From: Diplonema japonicum
Lineage: Eukaryota; Protista; Euglenozoa: Diplonemea
Direction of reading: 5' to 3'
DNA: 64,000 nt
NCBI GenBank assembly: GCA_964019335.1
Contig: OZ025737.1
Location: forward strand, 1 to 64,000
Part shown: piece after piece, positions 35,598-50,400 of the stretch
Layout: each line of letters starts with the position of its first letter
How positions within the stretch are numbered: position 1 is the stretch's first letter
Translations under genes and position numbers: made by a program
Notes under the pieces: model-generated
Database searches by the model: none
What the model was told of the DNA's origin: nothing
Seen by the model: only the letters and a program-made list of their open reading frames with translations

Positions 35598-37000
35598 ATG
35601 GGGGAGGCAATCCCTAGTCTGGGGCAGAAGGGGAAGCCGAGGGGAGGAGGGTGGCTATTGACAGTGGTGGTGGTGACGGGGTTGCTGGTGTTGGACTTCT
35701 CGCCCGCAGTTACTGTGCTTGACCAGGAAGCACTTGGTGGTTTTGTGTCGTCAGTGGGCAATGAGCTGCTGCGGCAGTACATTGACAAGACAGTGCAGAG
35801 TGGCGTCTTCTCTCGCGCGCAGCACGAGCCTGTCGTGCAGAAGGCCACGCAGCTCCTCTCCTCCGCCAGCAACCTCACCGCATCCCCCGTAGATGCAGGC
35901 AGAGCTAACCTCAAGCTCGGCGAGGTCCAAAGCCGCTACCTCAACGACTGGGAGGCCGCCCTGCACTCCTTCCTCAAAGCCGAGACGCTTCTCCCAACCA
36001 CGATCGAGCCTATATACCAGCTAGCTAGGTGCTACATAGAACTGGCTCAGTATGAAAAGGCAGCCGAAAAGCTTCGCGAAGCCATCAAAATGGGAGCCTC
36101 CCGTGAAGGCGACAGCGAGATGTACTTCCATTCCTGCCTCGGACCGTATGAGCTCAGCAAACTGATCTTCGGTCCTGCGAACAAGGACCACATTGTGGAG
36201 TCAGCGAAGCGCTTTGTGCAACTGCAAGAAGGTGACAACGAGTTAGTTAGCGACGGGCTCAGCAGGGCCATCAACACGTGCCCGCCAAGCATGCATCAAG
36301 TGCTGATGCTGTACAGACAGCTGGCGGAATGGAACCTACCGAGGAACAAGAAGAGGGTGCCGAAGGACGCATCGAACTTTCAGATCCCAAAGAAGGACAA
36401 GAAGAAGAAGTCGAAGAGCGGGCAGGTGGCGAAGAAGGTGGTGTTGTCATTCTTGGAATTTGTTGAAAAGTCGGAGCTGCGGAAGCTTGCACTCCCGTTG
36501 CAACAGCACCCTTCGACCACCGTGGTGCAGCTGGGCATGCCCCCCTCGTGGGGGGAAGAAGGCGATGCTCCTGAAAAGCAGAACAGCCAACCGCTAAAGG
36601 CGGACTACATAGTTAACCCATTGTCCTTTGCGGAGGGAGACGGTCCCACCACAGCGAGCCCTGCTGCAACGGAAGAGGAAGAGGGGCACCTGGTCCCCCA
36701 GCCACGGGACAGCGACGTTCACTGGCACGAGGGATACAAGAGACTGTCCTTGTATGACTGCCTGTTTGGCAAGATCGACACTCTCAAGCACGTTGCTGAC
36801 TCGGACTGCACGAAACAGCACCTCCTCCTCTCCTATGACTCCTTCATAGAGGCCAATAAGAAGGTCCTCATCTCTATTTTAGAGAACGAACACCGTTCAA
36901 TCCTCACGGTATACAGCACAGCAAATTTTCAACAACACCACAGACTTGGAAAAACCACAACCAGCAACTCCGTGTACTCTGCTTGCCTGAAGTGGCATGA
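35598..37000 (+). CDS. TPR-containing protein with N-terminal signal/anchor
   Basis: Hydrophobic WLLTVVVVTGLLVL and TPR-like IYQLARCYIELAQYEKAAEKLREAIK. Intron 36909-36943 gives a stop at 37000. An alternative start at 35574 is possible. Confidence 0.7.
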
Positions 37001-37457
37001 CAAAAAAGAAAGTTGTAATAAGCGTAATGAGTATCTAAAGTTTGAAAACAACAGAGAAAGGAAAGAAAGGCAAGAACCAAAAAAAAAAAGTACAAAATCT
37101 GCAATCATGCGAAGGCCGTCTCTTCTTTTGGGGCGGGCGACGGGATTATGGGGAAGCTTAGTGGTTTTTTCACATTGTGGACCCCTTCCGTGTGCAACTT
37201 TAGCAGGGGGGGGGGGGGGGTCTGTTTTATGAATGAGAGAACGGACTATTATGTTGTTTTTTATTTAAAAAAAAGATACAATCGGGGAGTTTAAAAACTT
37301 GGGATGGATTCTGTCAAACGAGGCTACAAAAAAACTTTGGGTTTCTCCCCCCCCTTTCCCCCCTCTTTTCTTTGCAGTGAAAAAAAAATTCAAAAAATGC
37401 AAACAGATGGTTGCTAAACGATAGACAAAAAAAAAAAAAAAAAAAAAAAGAAACACG

Positions 37458-38410
37458 ATGGATTTAATGGCAGCCTTATCGCGGGGTGGCGGCAAGAGCA
37501 TGTCGTACGATGAGCTAGTGAGCGCTTATGCTGGGGAAGCTCCTAAAGAAGATATAGGGGTTCAGAAAATGGAGGATGAACCCATCCCCCCGCCACCAGA
37601 GTTAATAACGAGACCGAAAGCCGCTGGCGAGGCGGTGTGCCCTTCGTTCGGTTTCAATGACCCAGCTGACGGTGCAAGGGTCGTCTTCAGCACCCTTGGG
37701 GCAGGTGCGCAGGGGGCGTACTACAGTGTGGACAACATCGCCCGCCCGCTCTTCAAGACAGCCTTCTTCGGGAAAGACGCCACAGGGTACTACATTGAGG
37801 TATGTCGTCATGTAGCACCAAGTGAACCGAACTCATACAGCTCACCGACATACGGCGGCAGGTTGCACTCCCCAGCAGTGTCGCTCCCGACGCCGTCAGA
37901 CGGCTCAAACTTATCTTTGAAACAGCGAACGTTGCTCACAACCTGCACCCCCCACAGAAGCAGGAAACCCCCGTCCCACCCACTCCTGCCAACCCCCCAC
38001 CTCCAACCGAACCCCCACCACCTATCGAGAGCGCACCCTTGCCTGCGGTCAAAGAGATCGAGGTGGAACCACGAAAAGACAAGCGAGAGCCTAAAAAAAC
38101 CGACCCCGAACCGAAAACAAAGGAGAACTCAAAAGCCATGCAGAAAGCACGTGCGTTTGAGGAGGTGTGTCAAAAAAAAAATTTTTTTTTTTTAAACTTA
38201 CGTCACAGATGTTCTGGAATGGCGCAACTGTCGGTGGCAACAGTGGCAATGCTGGTGGCAAGGTATGGCCCCGTTCGGGAAAAAAAAAAACCATTTGGCA
38301 CAAACGCATTCAAACTTTTTTTTTTATAGGGTGGTAAAACCGGAGGGAAACAGGGCTCAAAGGCCCCCCAGAATGCTAAAATAAGAGTCAAACGTGCCGA
38401 TGGTAGTTGA
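37458..38410 (+). CDS. Uncharacterised Pro-rich protein
   Basis: Phase-0 introns 37800-37840, 38165-38208 and 38263-38329 give one frame ending KIRVKRADGS*. Confidence 0.7.
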
Positions 38411-38481
38411 GGGTCTAAGTTCTTTTTTCATTACCGCTCTCAGGGCCTTGTGCTCTTGACAAGGTTGGCGGTCACCTGTGA

Positions 38482-39249
38482 ATGCTTACCAGCACTAAGG
38501 CGCAAATGATGCGTGCTTGTTCAAGGCAGCTGAGGCACCGGACAGAGGGTAGGAGGGCGGACTTGTACGCTCATGCAGCTGTGCTGAAATGGACCTCTGA
38601 ACACGATATGACAGAGAGGTCACTGCGGAGGGCTTTCCACAAAGTGGCGAAGGAGGTGCACCCTGACATCGTGGGGGGCGATGAGTCTGTGCAGAAGATG
38701 AGAGAGGTGAACTTGTCATTTAGCTACTTGACTGCGGCCATCAAGAGAGCTGGGGGCGCACTCCCGGTGTCAGTATTTCAACAGGGAGGGGAAACAATCG
38801 AGTGCGACATCGAGGGCATGGCGCAGGGTGAGCTGTGCTTGAGAAATGTGAAGGAACAGCTAGAAGCCGCAGACACGGCAGAGAAAATGAAAACAACACT
38901 GGCCACCCTGTGGGAGGCTGTCATTTGCAGGAATATCGACGACGACGGTGCTTTATTGAAAGCAGTTGTCCACAAGTGGCACAGCGTGCTCCCCCTTGGC
39001 AGGGAGCACACCCTCACCGTTCTGGCAGTCATCAAGAAATGGTCCACCCTCCACGATAGTGAAGTCTCCTTAGACCTCATTCACGATATCCTCGAGAAGT
39101 ACTCCGACGGCTTCACCAACAACAGTCTAGAGGGCTCCGCGATGTCCGAATGCTGGCCACTTATAGTAGAGTTCCTCCAGAAAAATTGTGAGCCGACAGA
39201 GTACACTTTCCTCATACTGAGAAGGATGGACCCTACCATAAGAATCTAA
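38482..39249 (+). CDS. J-domain (DnaJ) protein, probably mitochondrial
   Basis: LRRAFHKVAKEVHPDIVGG..KMREVNLSFSYL contains the HPD motif. Arg-rich N-terminus. Confidence 0.8.
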   Translation: MLTSTKAQMMRACSRQLRHRTEGRRADLYAHAAVLKWTSEHDMTERSLRRAFHKVAKEVHPDIVGGDESVQKMREVNLSFSYLTAAIKRAGGALPVSVFQQGGETIECDIEGMAQGELCLRNVKEQLEAADTAEKMKTTLATLWEAVICRNIDDDGALLKAVVHKWHSVLPLGREHTLTVLAVIKKWSTLHDSEVSLDLIHDILEKYSDGFTNNSLEGSAMSECWPLIVEFLQKNCEPTEYTFLILRRMDPTIRI

Positions 39250-39444
39250 GCGGGGGGGGGGGGGGGGAGAAGAAAATATGCAAATAAAAAGTCCTTTCAA
39301 ACGTAAAGCCAATGTAACATAGACAAGAGGGTGTTGACATTGGGATGTCGATGTTCTAGTGAAGTGCCATAATTTAGTAGTAATCGCCAAGCATTGTTTT
39401 TGTCTTTAAAAAGAAGTACTCTTGCTACTCACACAACAGGCAAC

Positions 39445-41181
39445 ATGGCGGATTTTGAGATACCGAAGTACACACTCAGTGTGATTGAGACCATCAGATC
39501 CCTGCAGCAGCAGCATGGTCTCAACTCGTACGACTATGAAACGTACAGGCAGTACTGCAGCAGGCGTTTGAGGAGGATTCACAAAACCCTGCGCCTCTTC
39601 GCAGGTACTCAGAAAAAGTACAAGGGCTTAGTTATCCAGGCTGAAGACGTGACGGACATCAGAGTGCTCGAGATGCTGCTGCTGCAGTCCGAGCGTGCGT
39701 GGGCCTACGCAGAGCAATTGAAATACGACCATTCGACAACAGATGATCTGAGGAAGTTACGCCACTGCGCGTCGCGCATGACCAAGGCGGAGCACTGGGC
39801 CAACACCCTGCTCGACATCTGCCAGCACGTCACCGACAGCAGGTCCTGCGAGGAAGTGGCGGCATACGCCACAGAGATCTCGGGCCACAAGGCCATGTCT
39901 AAGAAAAACTGGAAAGAAGCAAAAAATAAGTTTGTGTCTTCGCGGAAGGAGTACGTGAGGCTCCAGACAGACGCAACCTCCAACGTGAAGGCAGCCCTCA
40001 TCCAGAGGGTCTCCGATATGGACCAGAGCATAAGGTTCTGCACCTACAACCTTGGCGAGGACACGCAGAAAGGTGCTGACGCCGACGACAAGGGCATGAA
40101 CGGCACTGTGCTGAAATGGAGGGACCAGAAGGTGATTGTGAACAGCGAGAAGGTGCGCCTCCTTCTGTCTTCAGCCGACACCTACTCGAAAGAGGTGGCG
40201 GCCATCGCCTCGCAGTTCGACGACTCATCAATGTCGGGGCTCAACAAGTTCATCGACATGTACGACAAGGTGTTCATTGCCTACAACGACGCCATCTCGC
40301 AAGTGAGGCAGGACATCGCGCACGAAAAGGAGGGCGACCCGGCCATGCTGCACTTACTAGTTAACTGCCTGAAATATCAGTTATACGAACACACGCTTCG
40401 AAGGAACAAGATCCTGACTCAGGTGCACACGATTCGCTTCGAGAACCGGGAAACAAAGCAGAAGAAGGAGCAGGGCAAGCAGACCACTGCCATGGACATC
40501 GCGAGGCTGCATGACACTGTGAACCAGACGCTTGAGAGCATGCTGGCCATCCCTGGCATTGAGGATGACGAGGAAGTTGCTGACCCGTTGAACCTACAGC
40601 TGATGGTGCACACTGCGTTGAGACAGTTCATTCAGGTATGCTATGTGGGCTAACATGACACAATACAGGCGGAGGCCTTCATATTGATGAACGAGTGGTC
40701 GCACGCGATGCCGTTGTACAATGCGGCCGAGCAGTCGATTGGCGAAGCACTTGCGTTCGCCATGAAGAAGAAGCTTGACGACGATGAAGTGAGGAAGGCA
40801 GGTGAGAAGATCAGAACCGCGAAGTGCGTGTGCAAGGCCACCATGGTGGTCAGAAGCAACACGAAACCTCCTGTAGAGGCGGAAATGCAGGAGAGCACAA
40901 GCCTTGATAAGAATTGCACGGAGTACGTCGCATGCGACGTTGTGTCGAAGATCCCCCCTGACTACCTCAGCACCCCCTGCAGGCCCATTTTCCTGGACGT
41001 TGCTGGCCAGCTTCTGCCGAGACCTTCCATTGGTCACAGGGTCAGCGAAAAGCAAAAGGGTGCCAAGCCCTCCATCAAATCCACTACGGACGCGGCACCC
41101 TCTGCCGTGACCGCAGACGCAGCTGCGGAGGACAAGAAGGGTTGGTTCGGTGGCTGGGGTTGGGGCAACAAGAAGAACTAA
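39445..41181 (+). CDS. SRP68: Signal recognition particle subunit SRP68
   Basis: QQQHGL..DYETYRQYCSRRLRRI, LLLQSERAWAYA, IRFCTYNL, PCRPIFLDVA and C-terminal GWFGGWGWG. Intron 40636-40668. Confidence 0.92.
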
Positions 41182-41469
41182 GCCTAATCTTAAAGTGTGC
41201 ACCTTTGAATTTTGTCCTTTAAGTCACCCCCTCGTCCCCCCCTGCCCCAGTGTCTTTCTTTCCGTGAGTGTTTTTTTTTTTTTTTTCCCCGCTTTTTTTC
41301 CTCTTTTTTTTTCCTTATCTGTTGAAGAATTTTGGGTCACACTGTGTTGACCTTGTTTTTTTTAGTGTTTCTGTCTTACCCTCACCCTTCATCCACTACC
41401 CTTTCATCTCACATTGATATTGCTTGCAGTTTTCGTCTGTTATAACATACAGCGGGGACAAATGGAGAG

Positions 41470-44400
41470 ATGGACAAACAGAGAGGGAGGTGGAATCATA
41501 TTGTCCCTACGGTCCCCAATGAAGTTTGTGGGTACGTCAGTGGACAGCTGAATGCGGTTGAAAGATTGAGGTGGCAGGAGCAATATTTACGAACAGGCTC
41601 CGCCGGCGGCAGTGTCAAGATCCTCACGGCGAACAACACGAGGAACAGGAACAACACGATCTTCACAGCGCTGCACACAAGGTACAATGTTGTGCTTTCT
41701 GTGGTTTTCCCGCCACTAATACGAGTGGATGCCCGTACAGGTCAGTGTCTCTTTGACAGAACGTGTATCAGTGTCAGCAGGTTTCTTCAATCGCTGAGTG
41801 GCATGCATGAGGTGTCTGCAAATGTGGTTGGAGGGCACAAGCTCCCCGCCCCACCGAGTATCCGCCTCACGGTTCTTATACACCAGGGGGACCATGCCAG
41901 CGTCGACTGTCTATGTCAGGACACAGAAGTGGACCTCAGCAATGTATCTGCTGTGATAGACGATCTTATGGGTGCGCTGAACTCGGCAGAGCAACGTGCA
42001 TTCACAGCCTCCCGAGAGCTCCGTAAAGCATGCCCCACAGGGCGCCATAACCCCTACCACGAAGGGAGCATCCTTGACATCTTGGACTGCGCCTCGCAAC
42101 GCATCCCCAATGCGGACGGCACCACAGTCTTTGCTGTCATCACCGACTTCAGTGCGCACGGTTTCTGCAGCGGCGCCGTCGTCATGAGCGCCCGTGAGCG
42201 TGTTGCTCTGGCCGACGCACAGCTTGTTCTCATCCACGTAGGCAGTGACGTCAGCCAGCTGCATCACATACACACTCTCGCGAATATCACTCACGGTGTC
42301 CTCGTGGACTGGGACTTCATCGACCAGACGGGTACCAGACCGGGTACAGTTAAGCAGCCAGAGCGCATGCTGTGTGCTCACACTCGCAGCACCGAAGCAC
42401 GCTCTCCTATTTGGAACTATCGTTCAAAAGAGGCCCTCCAGTCTCTCATTCCTGTAGTCCTGGCTGCTGTTGCCACGTGCCACGCAGTATACTACCCGTC
42501 TGGCGACGCACCGTCTCCAGATGCTTTGTTCAAGAAGCTGCGCAAAGCTGTGCTTTGCCGCATGGTTACTGTCATTAGCAAAGAGGGCAACATCGGACTA
42601 CCGTGGCCTATCGATACTTTTTCTGACTGTGGAGGTGCGGATTCGAAGCAGGAAACGCTCGGTAGGGTGCTGGTCGGCAAATGGTCTCTCAGCGTGCCAG
42701 AGGCGGGGTGTCTCCTGGAATGCCGTGTTCGAGAGGGTTGGACCGTTCTTAACCCGTATCTGAGTTCATATGGCTCGATGCAGGCGCCGCTGCAGGCCGC
42801 GATATCTTGGGCCACTGGAAGAACCCCCCGCTGGGGGGCGGTGTCTCTGCTCTACGAAGTGGCACCATTGACACAGACACAACTTTCCTCTCTTGACCCG
42901 TTAACAGAGGTTAGCGTTTGGGCGTACGGGCCCCGTTCCCTTGTGGTGCAGTATGAGTTGAGGGACGAAGCATCAAGGAAGAAGAAAGAGGAGGGCCCTT
43001 CAAAAGATGTCCACCGTTTGCAGGAGTTCCTTGCAGCTGTTCAGTGTCGTGACCAGCTGATCTCCACCATGCTGAAGGAACGTGTGTCTACAAAGGAAAG
43101 GAACCTCACCGACAAGATCGTGGAGCACTCCTCTGACGAGGGGTGTAGCATGGCGTGGATCCTCACATCCGACGTCTGCTCGTACACAGCACTGCTGAGC
43201 GACACGTCGGACAATGAAATGAGCTACAGTGACAGCTTGCCGTTTGAGCGGCAGTTTGATAGCACATCGTTCGTGGTTGGTATCATGCAGAAGTGGCCGT
43301 CGGGGATTGCACACATAACTGATTCTGCTGTAAGGGCGGGTTTTGGCGTGCAACGCCCCTACGTCAGAAGGGTGTCAGGCGGAGGTGTACTAGTAGCACA
43401 ATTCTTCATCCAAAAAGTAGCTCAAGGCCAGCAACTCCCTGTGTGTATTGAGGTGAGGGTCAGCTTCTTCAGTGTCACACAATCGATGCGTAAGAGCATC
43501 CTAACAGACTTGAAGCGGATTATTGCAAGCGATGTACCCATGAGCGTCCGGATGCCGGGTACCAAAGCAAGAAGGTACCACCAGCGGAACCCAATCAACA
43601 TCATTGTTGCACGGGACCAGCTGGCGGTGCTCCTCAGAGACGTCACAAGCGGGGCGACAGAGCAGTTGTTCTTGGAGTCGGTACTGCATGATACATCCGA
43701 CACAGATGCATACCAAGGTGACCAGCAGAAACTATACCCCACACCTGTGGCTCTGAGGAAGACCCACCGCCACAAATACGCGATTACACCTCTTTCTTAC
43801 CAGTACACACATCGCACGTGGGAATGGGAACTCCCTGAAGGTAGGAACAACCAGCACGTGTTCAGTGTCCTGGTGCAGGTACGATCGAAGCAGGGCTACA
43901 TCCTGGTGCATTCCAAGGACACCCCTGACGACATGGTGGCAGTAATGTACAATGGCGAACCTGCCTCGCGGGACGTGATGGTGATCTACATGTGCCGTTT
44001 GTCAGGCACAAAGCTTGCAATCAAGGTGTGGGTAGAGCAGAGTTCAATGCGGCGCACTGGCAAGAGCAGCATAGCCTCCTCCACCCAAGAGCGCTTACAG
44101 ATGTTGGAAAAGATGTATCTCGGGCACAATGTAGTTATCCACTCATATTCTACGTTTGTTCAGCTCACTCAAATGATGGAGATCCCGAACACGGTCCCGA
44201 CAGTGATTCAGCACGCGAGGCCATACATGCGCACAGTAGCTGAGCACAAACATCGACTATATGATATCCTGGCCACCACTTCTTGGGTGTGCGTTAGATG
44301 CAGGAAGAGACAATCGCAGAGCACGCAACGATGGCACTGCACGAATTGCACATCACCGCAATACTACGATCTGTGCCATGTGTGCATGATGGAAATAGAG

Positions 44401-47400
44401 TCCCCCGCCCTCCCTTACAGGGACGAACAAAGGTTCTCACCCCAACCAGGTGCACCCCCTACAGACCCCCTGTGGAGAAGGTACATCACACCACAGAGCG
44501 CCGCAGTAGAGCTCTTGAGACTCCCTCAGATAGACCTCATCCTAAGAGGAGGATATCACAAGCTGTTAGTTCTACCGTGCTTCACCGACCCAGCAGAGCA
44601 GCCTTCCACACAGGGCGAAACGCCACCCGAAACTGGATTATCAGAGCCATTGGCCAAATTATTGGAAGCACTCCAAGACGGTGCTGAACAACATGAACTG
44701 CTAACACGTGCCAAAGGAGTTTTAGCAGCCCCTGATACACCAACAATAAAGCGAGCGAAAGCACTCCTCGGTTCTGACCCGTGGCGCTTGAAGGCTATGG
44801 GAACTTTCGCTGTCGACCTTACATCTAGGATGAGCAGCGAGCTAAGAACGCAACTCTTAGCGGTAGTGGAGAAAAAGGACGTCTCGAAGTCAGACACAAA
44901 GTCATCGAGCAGGCAAGATACTTCGTCTGTAGGTGGGGACGACGACAGGTGGGGTAGGAACGGGGCACCGAAACAGCTGTACTCTAGAGTGCTGAACTGC
45001 ATCAAGCTGCTTTGCACTGTGCAGATTGACGTTAGCCAATCTGACTTCCCTGGCGGGCAGTACCCTAGGGAGCTGATCCCGGCGTATGCGCCGTCACTGG
45101 CGTTGGCATCAACTTTGCACTGCTACATAAGACATAGCGACATGGCACGATCTGGAGACCTCCCTGTCACGAGCCTCATTGTAACTGTGCTTCCGTCTTT
45201 AGACTCCGCGAAGCCCGTGCAGATGAATGATACAGACGGCAAGCCGACTCGTGCCTTCGCTGGGGTGGTGCACGAGGTTGCACATGAACACCTGAAATGG
45301 GACGTCCTTGACGACGACAGTGCTGATTCACAGAAGGTCCAAGACAAGCACAAACATAGGTCTCCTCGAACGGGGTCTGCTGCATTCAAAAAGTTCTTGG
45401 AACTCAGCCACAAGATGATGTTTTCCTTTGGTGTGTACCGCATGCTGCAGTGCAGTGAATCGGTGTCCGTTAGTGACGTAAAGAGGGCGCTCTCTGCGTG
45501 TGTAGACTACGTAAGTGAAGTGGATATCACCGACTTAGTTAGTATTTTTACCACTTCCGAGAATGCAATCCCGCATGAAGAAGTTAATACAGCACTCAAA
45601 TCTGTGCTCGATAAGAACTTCGGGCCCGTCAAGGGCACCGAATGCCACTACTTCTTCAGAGGCCGCACTGAAAAGCCGAGTACACGAACACCCACACGAG
45701 GCAATCGTCCATCAGCACCTTCCAGCAGAGTGACTATCTGGCCGAGAGTGACGGCGAGCATCGCGTCCAGTGCCGCAGCACCGCCATCAGTTACCAGCCA
45801 CCGACCTGCAAACGAGGGTTTGACAACGTCGGCTGTAGCGCAGATCCCTTCAGCAACAGGTCTGCCGTTGCGCCCGCCTGTCGCGCCTGCAGACCAATTG
45901 TGTGAGTTCCCATCGTTTAGTGACAAAGAAAGAACCACACAGCTTGCTGATGCCGATGACGCCACTTCCTTCCCCAGTGCGTCCTCCATCAACACAAGCA
46001 CTGAAGGGCTGCCGAGACCCGACTGCGACAGCCCCAGGCTTGGTGACGGACAATCCCGTCTCGATGCCCAGTCTGCCTGTTTTGACAGTGAATCCGAGGA
46101 GAGCGTCGGCGTAGGTGCACCCCCCGGGTCCACCACCACGCCCAACCCTACACGTCCTACGCCTGCCTACGATGGGGATGATCTGCCGCTGTTCTTGATG
46201 ATGACAGTGACGTACGAGGTGTCGGAGCCTGGGAAGAAGAAAAGTAAAAGCGAACAGGTGCACAGCTACGTCATTCCAGTCAACCACTGCATCCTCGACC
46301 CCAATGCACAGCAGCCAAAACTTCCCGTGTCCCGTGGCACACTTCAAAAGGCTACCTTGTCTTTGATTGCGGCCTCCATCCCTAGCCAATATTTTGAGCT
46401 CAGTGAATTTGGCTTCCGCCCCACAAGAAGAGAGGCCATCAGACGATGCATGGTGGAGGTGCCGGGCACGGAATTCAGGCGGTTCAGCAGGAGCAGAGAT
46501 GCCTACATCCGTGACGAGTGTATGAAGATGGGCCCCCAGCCTGAGCCAGGGGACCCATATCAATTCTTTCCACATCGACCTAAGAAGCTGATGGAGAGAA
46601 CCATGCGCCGTGTGCAGGCTGAGGTGCACAAGGCACAGCTTGAAAGCCAATTGAATAGGCCCATGTTCAGTGAGCCACCCGCTAGCATTGCAAGGAGGAT
46701 GGAGTTCCTGAGGCCGAAGACATGGTCGAAGGTGACACTGAAGCTGCTTGTGCTGGGCGACCCTTCGAAGAAATCTCACATGCGTCTGTACTTCCGCGAG
46801 TGGCTTGCAGAGTCGCCAGAGCTGCGCATCTCTAAACTGTCGGAAGACGTTCTCTGTTCGACACTAGTGATGACCATTGCCAACACGCAGGCAGAAGACG
46901 CTGCTATCTCGTCTGTTGCATGTATCCTGGCAGCTATTGTGGGTAACACACTCAACGCAGTGGAGGCTGACACACGCACGTCACAAGAGCAAATCCTTCC
47001 TTACTGGCTGTTGCTGAAATTGATTAATATCAGGCCTGTGCACAGAGGCCCCGGAGGCGTGCATGGTCTTGGAATGGATAAGTCCATCATTAAACTGCGC
47101 TTGTGGCTGCACGGTCCGGAGCTTCAAGAGCGGCAACACACTCTTGCCAAAGTGGAAAAGAGCCTGCGCGCCACCGTACTGTCCATGAACAAGGCATTGT
47201 TGCTGGAAGATTGCTACGCGCTCAACCCGCACTGTATCAGTGACCTTCTAGTGCCACCCGATATGAAACAAGCCATACGGTACATCGCAGTTAAGACCGC
47301 AGTCTGCGTGGCTGTTCTTGCCGCAGTGCAGAAGCGCATGGCTCCTTCTACAACGAACACAACACCAACTACTACACCGCAGGGGAGCACACCTGCGCCC

Positions 47401-50400
47401 ACTCAGAAGCCAAGAGGGAAGCCTGCAAGTGTCATACGGTATGCAATTGTTACATATTAAAACCCACCCAGACCCCCGAGTGTCACTGGTGAGTCAGTAC
47501 AATCCTTTTCGCAAACCCCGCGGCCAGCAGAGACGGCCCCCCCAACGGGCTGGCTAGTGCCGAGGAGCAGCGTGTCGGTTGAACCATGGGAGAGATGGGG
47601 AGGCCTTGCCTGCAGGCAGTACATTGTCGCAGAGCAATACCTTGGCATAAGAACAGAGGCAGCTGACGTGGATGCGTATGTTTAAAAGACATCACAAAAC
47701 AAACACACAGATGCTTCTTCCACGTATGGAACAACTGGCAGTGCGACAACAGGGTCCGTACATACTTGTGGCGCGGTGGTAAGGATGAGGTGTACTACTT
47801 CCAATTCAAGCTCACAGAGTTCGTAGACTACACACCTTACAAGCTTGTAGCAGTGGCTGGTGCCGCCATCGTGGGCCTCGCTGTGGAACATGCTGCCAAA
47901 ACTGTTGAATGCTTGGAACATGTCGTGCTAAAGGTCCTCTCAGTGATTGGTGCTATCAGTGCTGCTGAGGCAACCAGCAAGTTCTTGAACCCCTCTCCTC
48001 CACCTCTCACAGCTGAGCAACTGTCGCCCACTCAGCCGATCGAAAAGACCGAAACGGCGCCCCCTTCAGCATCACAGGAGCAGCAGCAGCCCATCTTGGC
48101 ACACGACGTCGAGCGCGGCAGGCTGCGTGCCACGATGATGATCTACAGTGTGCGTGCACCGGCAGATGATATTGTCACTCCGCTGTCGTGCGAGTTTAAA
48201 GGTTGCATGCGTAGCGCTACTGTTGTAGCATTGGGACGACACCTCCAGAAATCTGGAGGAAAGCTCACTCAGATAGATTTAGTGGAACTGCAGCAGCGCG
48301 CAGAGCGTTCATATGAATTGATGGCAGTCATCCCGGACGGCATTGCGTGCCATCGCGATAAGGTGCTTGGCTATACACGTGCACACATGAAGAAGTGGGC
48401 CACGCAGGTCTCTCTTAATACTGAAGCACTTCCCGACACACCTATGCCACACTTCATCTACCCTCGTGTGGTGCAGTCTACAAGAGGTGGGAGTGCGTCC
48501 ACGCAGAACAACAACTGGCTTGCATGTCTGCACGTTGCGCTGGTTGAAACCCAACGGAGCGAACTGTCAACAGGTGACTGGGGGTGCTTGAGGGAGAATG
48601 TGCTCAACGACGGCGACAGCAACGAAGTGCAGGCCAGTGGGGACAAAACGGATGCTCCTGTTTATGCTTTAAAGTTTCTGCTGTGGATGAACGGCGACAC
48701 GAAAGAGCTTGACCCTGCAGTGTTGCAGCTAAAGGAAGCCTTGCAGGGGTGTGTGGTGCAAGTGTTCTGCGAGACGTCAATCGAGGACCGGATGCCCGAG
48801 CTGGAGTCCTTCACAACAGAAGATTTCGAAGTTATACAAAAGCTGTGTGCTAAGGCACAAGGACAGGGTCAAGGCTCGGAGACGAAGTGGGGTAGCAGGA
48901 GGCGAATGAATGAGAAGCAGTGGGAGTCATGTGTTCAGCGCATGTTTGATGGCACAATCCAGCCCAGCCTTGCTGCTTCCTTAACACATGATGTCTTGTT
49001 GTTCTTGAGAGACCTGCACAGTAGGTCCACTAACGAGCCTGCAAGGAACAAGCAAACGTCACTGCAGCCTGTTGCCTTCTACGCAGTGCCCTGCTCGGAG
49101 ACAATCGTGACCAACCGAGACGACGAAGAAGGCACTTTCTCGAAAGTGAATGACGATTGGTCCCACAACCTTGGCAGCACAGAGCTCAGCCCCCTGCCCG
49201 ACTTCGCACTCCCAACTTTGAAATTCTACCACGACAGAGTCGCGCAGCCACCTGTGGACTTCTACATTTTATGCGGGCGGGGCAGCAACGGCGAGATTTC
49301 GGAACAGTGGTCTGCAATGCACTCTGCGCAGTGCCCTGAGGATGCTAACTATGTGAAGCGCAACGACTCCTCGGCACCTGCAGAGCCCTTACGTTACTAC
49401 GATGGTGAGGAGTCGGTCTCGAGGCCGTGCCTGCTAGCCATCAAGGTCTCTGGTGAGGGCATTGGCCTTGTTTCGTACAACTTCAAAGGCGAGTTCATGA
49501 AGGTATGCGTTGTAGAATATCAAACCCACATAGGGCGTCCAGTCAGGTGTGACTTCAATAGTAACCGAGCTTCAGAAAAGAGTACTGCTGCAAGCATCAG
49601 TCCTTCACCAGAAGATGGGCCTCTTCCTCCCAGGGCAGAACTTGTTTTACCCCCAGGAGTCCTTGTTGTTTAGAGACCACGCTCGCGACGCGGTGCAGGC
49701 TGAGGTATGCAGCTAACAAGAAGCAACAAAACAGGTGGGAATGAGCGCTTTGGAGGACGTCTTCACCACTCAGCCATACAACAAGGAAGTGCTGGAGACA
49801 GCATTCTCTGAGAGCGTGGGAAGGGGTAAAATGCCAATGATGGGCGGAAGGGGTACGCCCATGGGCAAGGGGCAGGGCGTGCCACAGTTGACAAGGCGCC
49901 AGTCGTCGCACTGGATGGCAACGCAGGGCAAGTCAGCACCGAACATACATAGCATGTTGCTGGGCGTGGGCGGCGTCAGTGCCAGGGCGGCTCTGGTGGA
50001 TGTCCACACACACGGACAGCTGCTCAGCAGCGGAAAGATGAGTAGTGACCTCATTAGGCATCTTGCGACCTTCAAGGACATAGTTGCTGCTGAGAACCAA
50101 GCCGCGCAGCAGCTGCGTGCCAGAGATGCTGTACGGAGAGATGTCACTGACTTCAGGGAAGCCATCCAAGCGCAGTGGCCTTCAGAAAAAACAAGCTGCC
50201 TGCTTTACTACCCAGTAAGTACTTCACTGTCGCCGCAGGTAAAGGCCGCCATCCCTAGCATCCTCTTCAGCGCTACCTTGTCCATCGCCACTGTCTCTTT
50301 TTTCACGGGATCCACCCCGCAGTCAAACATAAAGTCACGTGTCACTCTTGCTGCTGCTGTTGCTGGCATGCTTCTGGCGGCCATACAAGTAGAACTCATG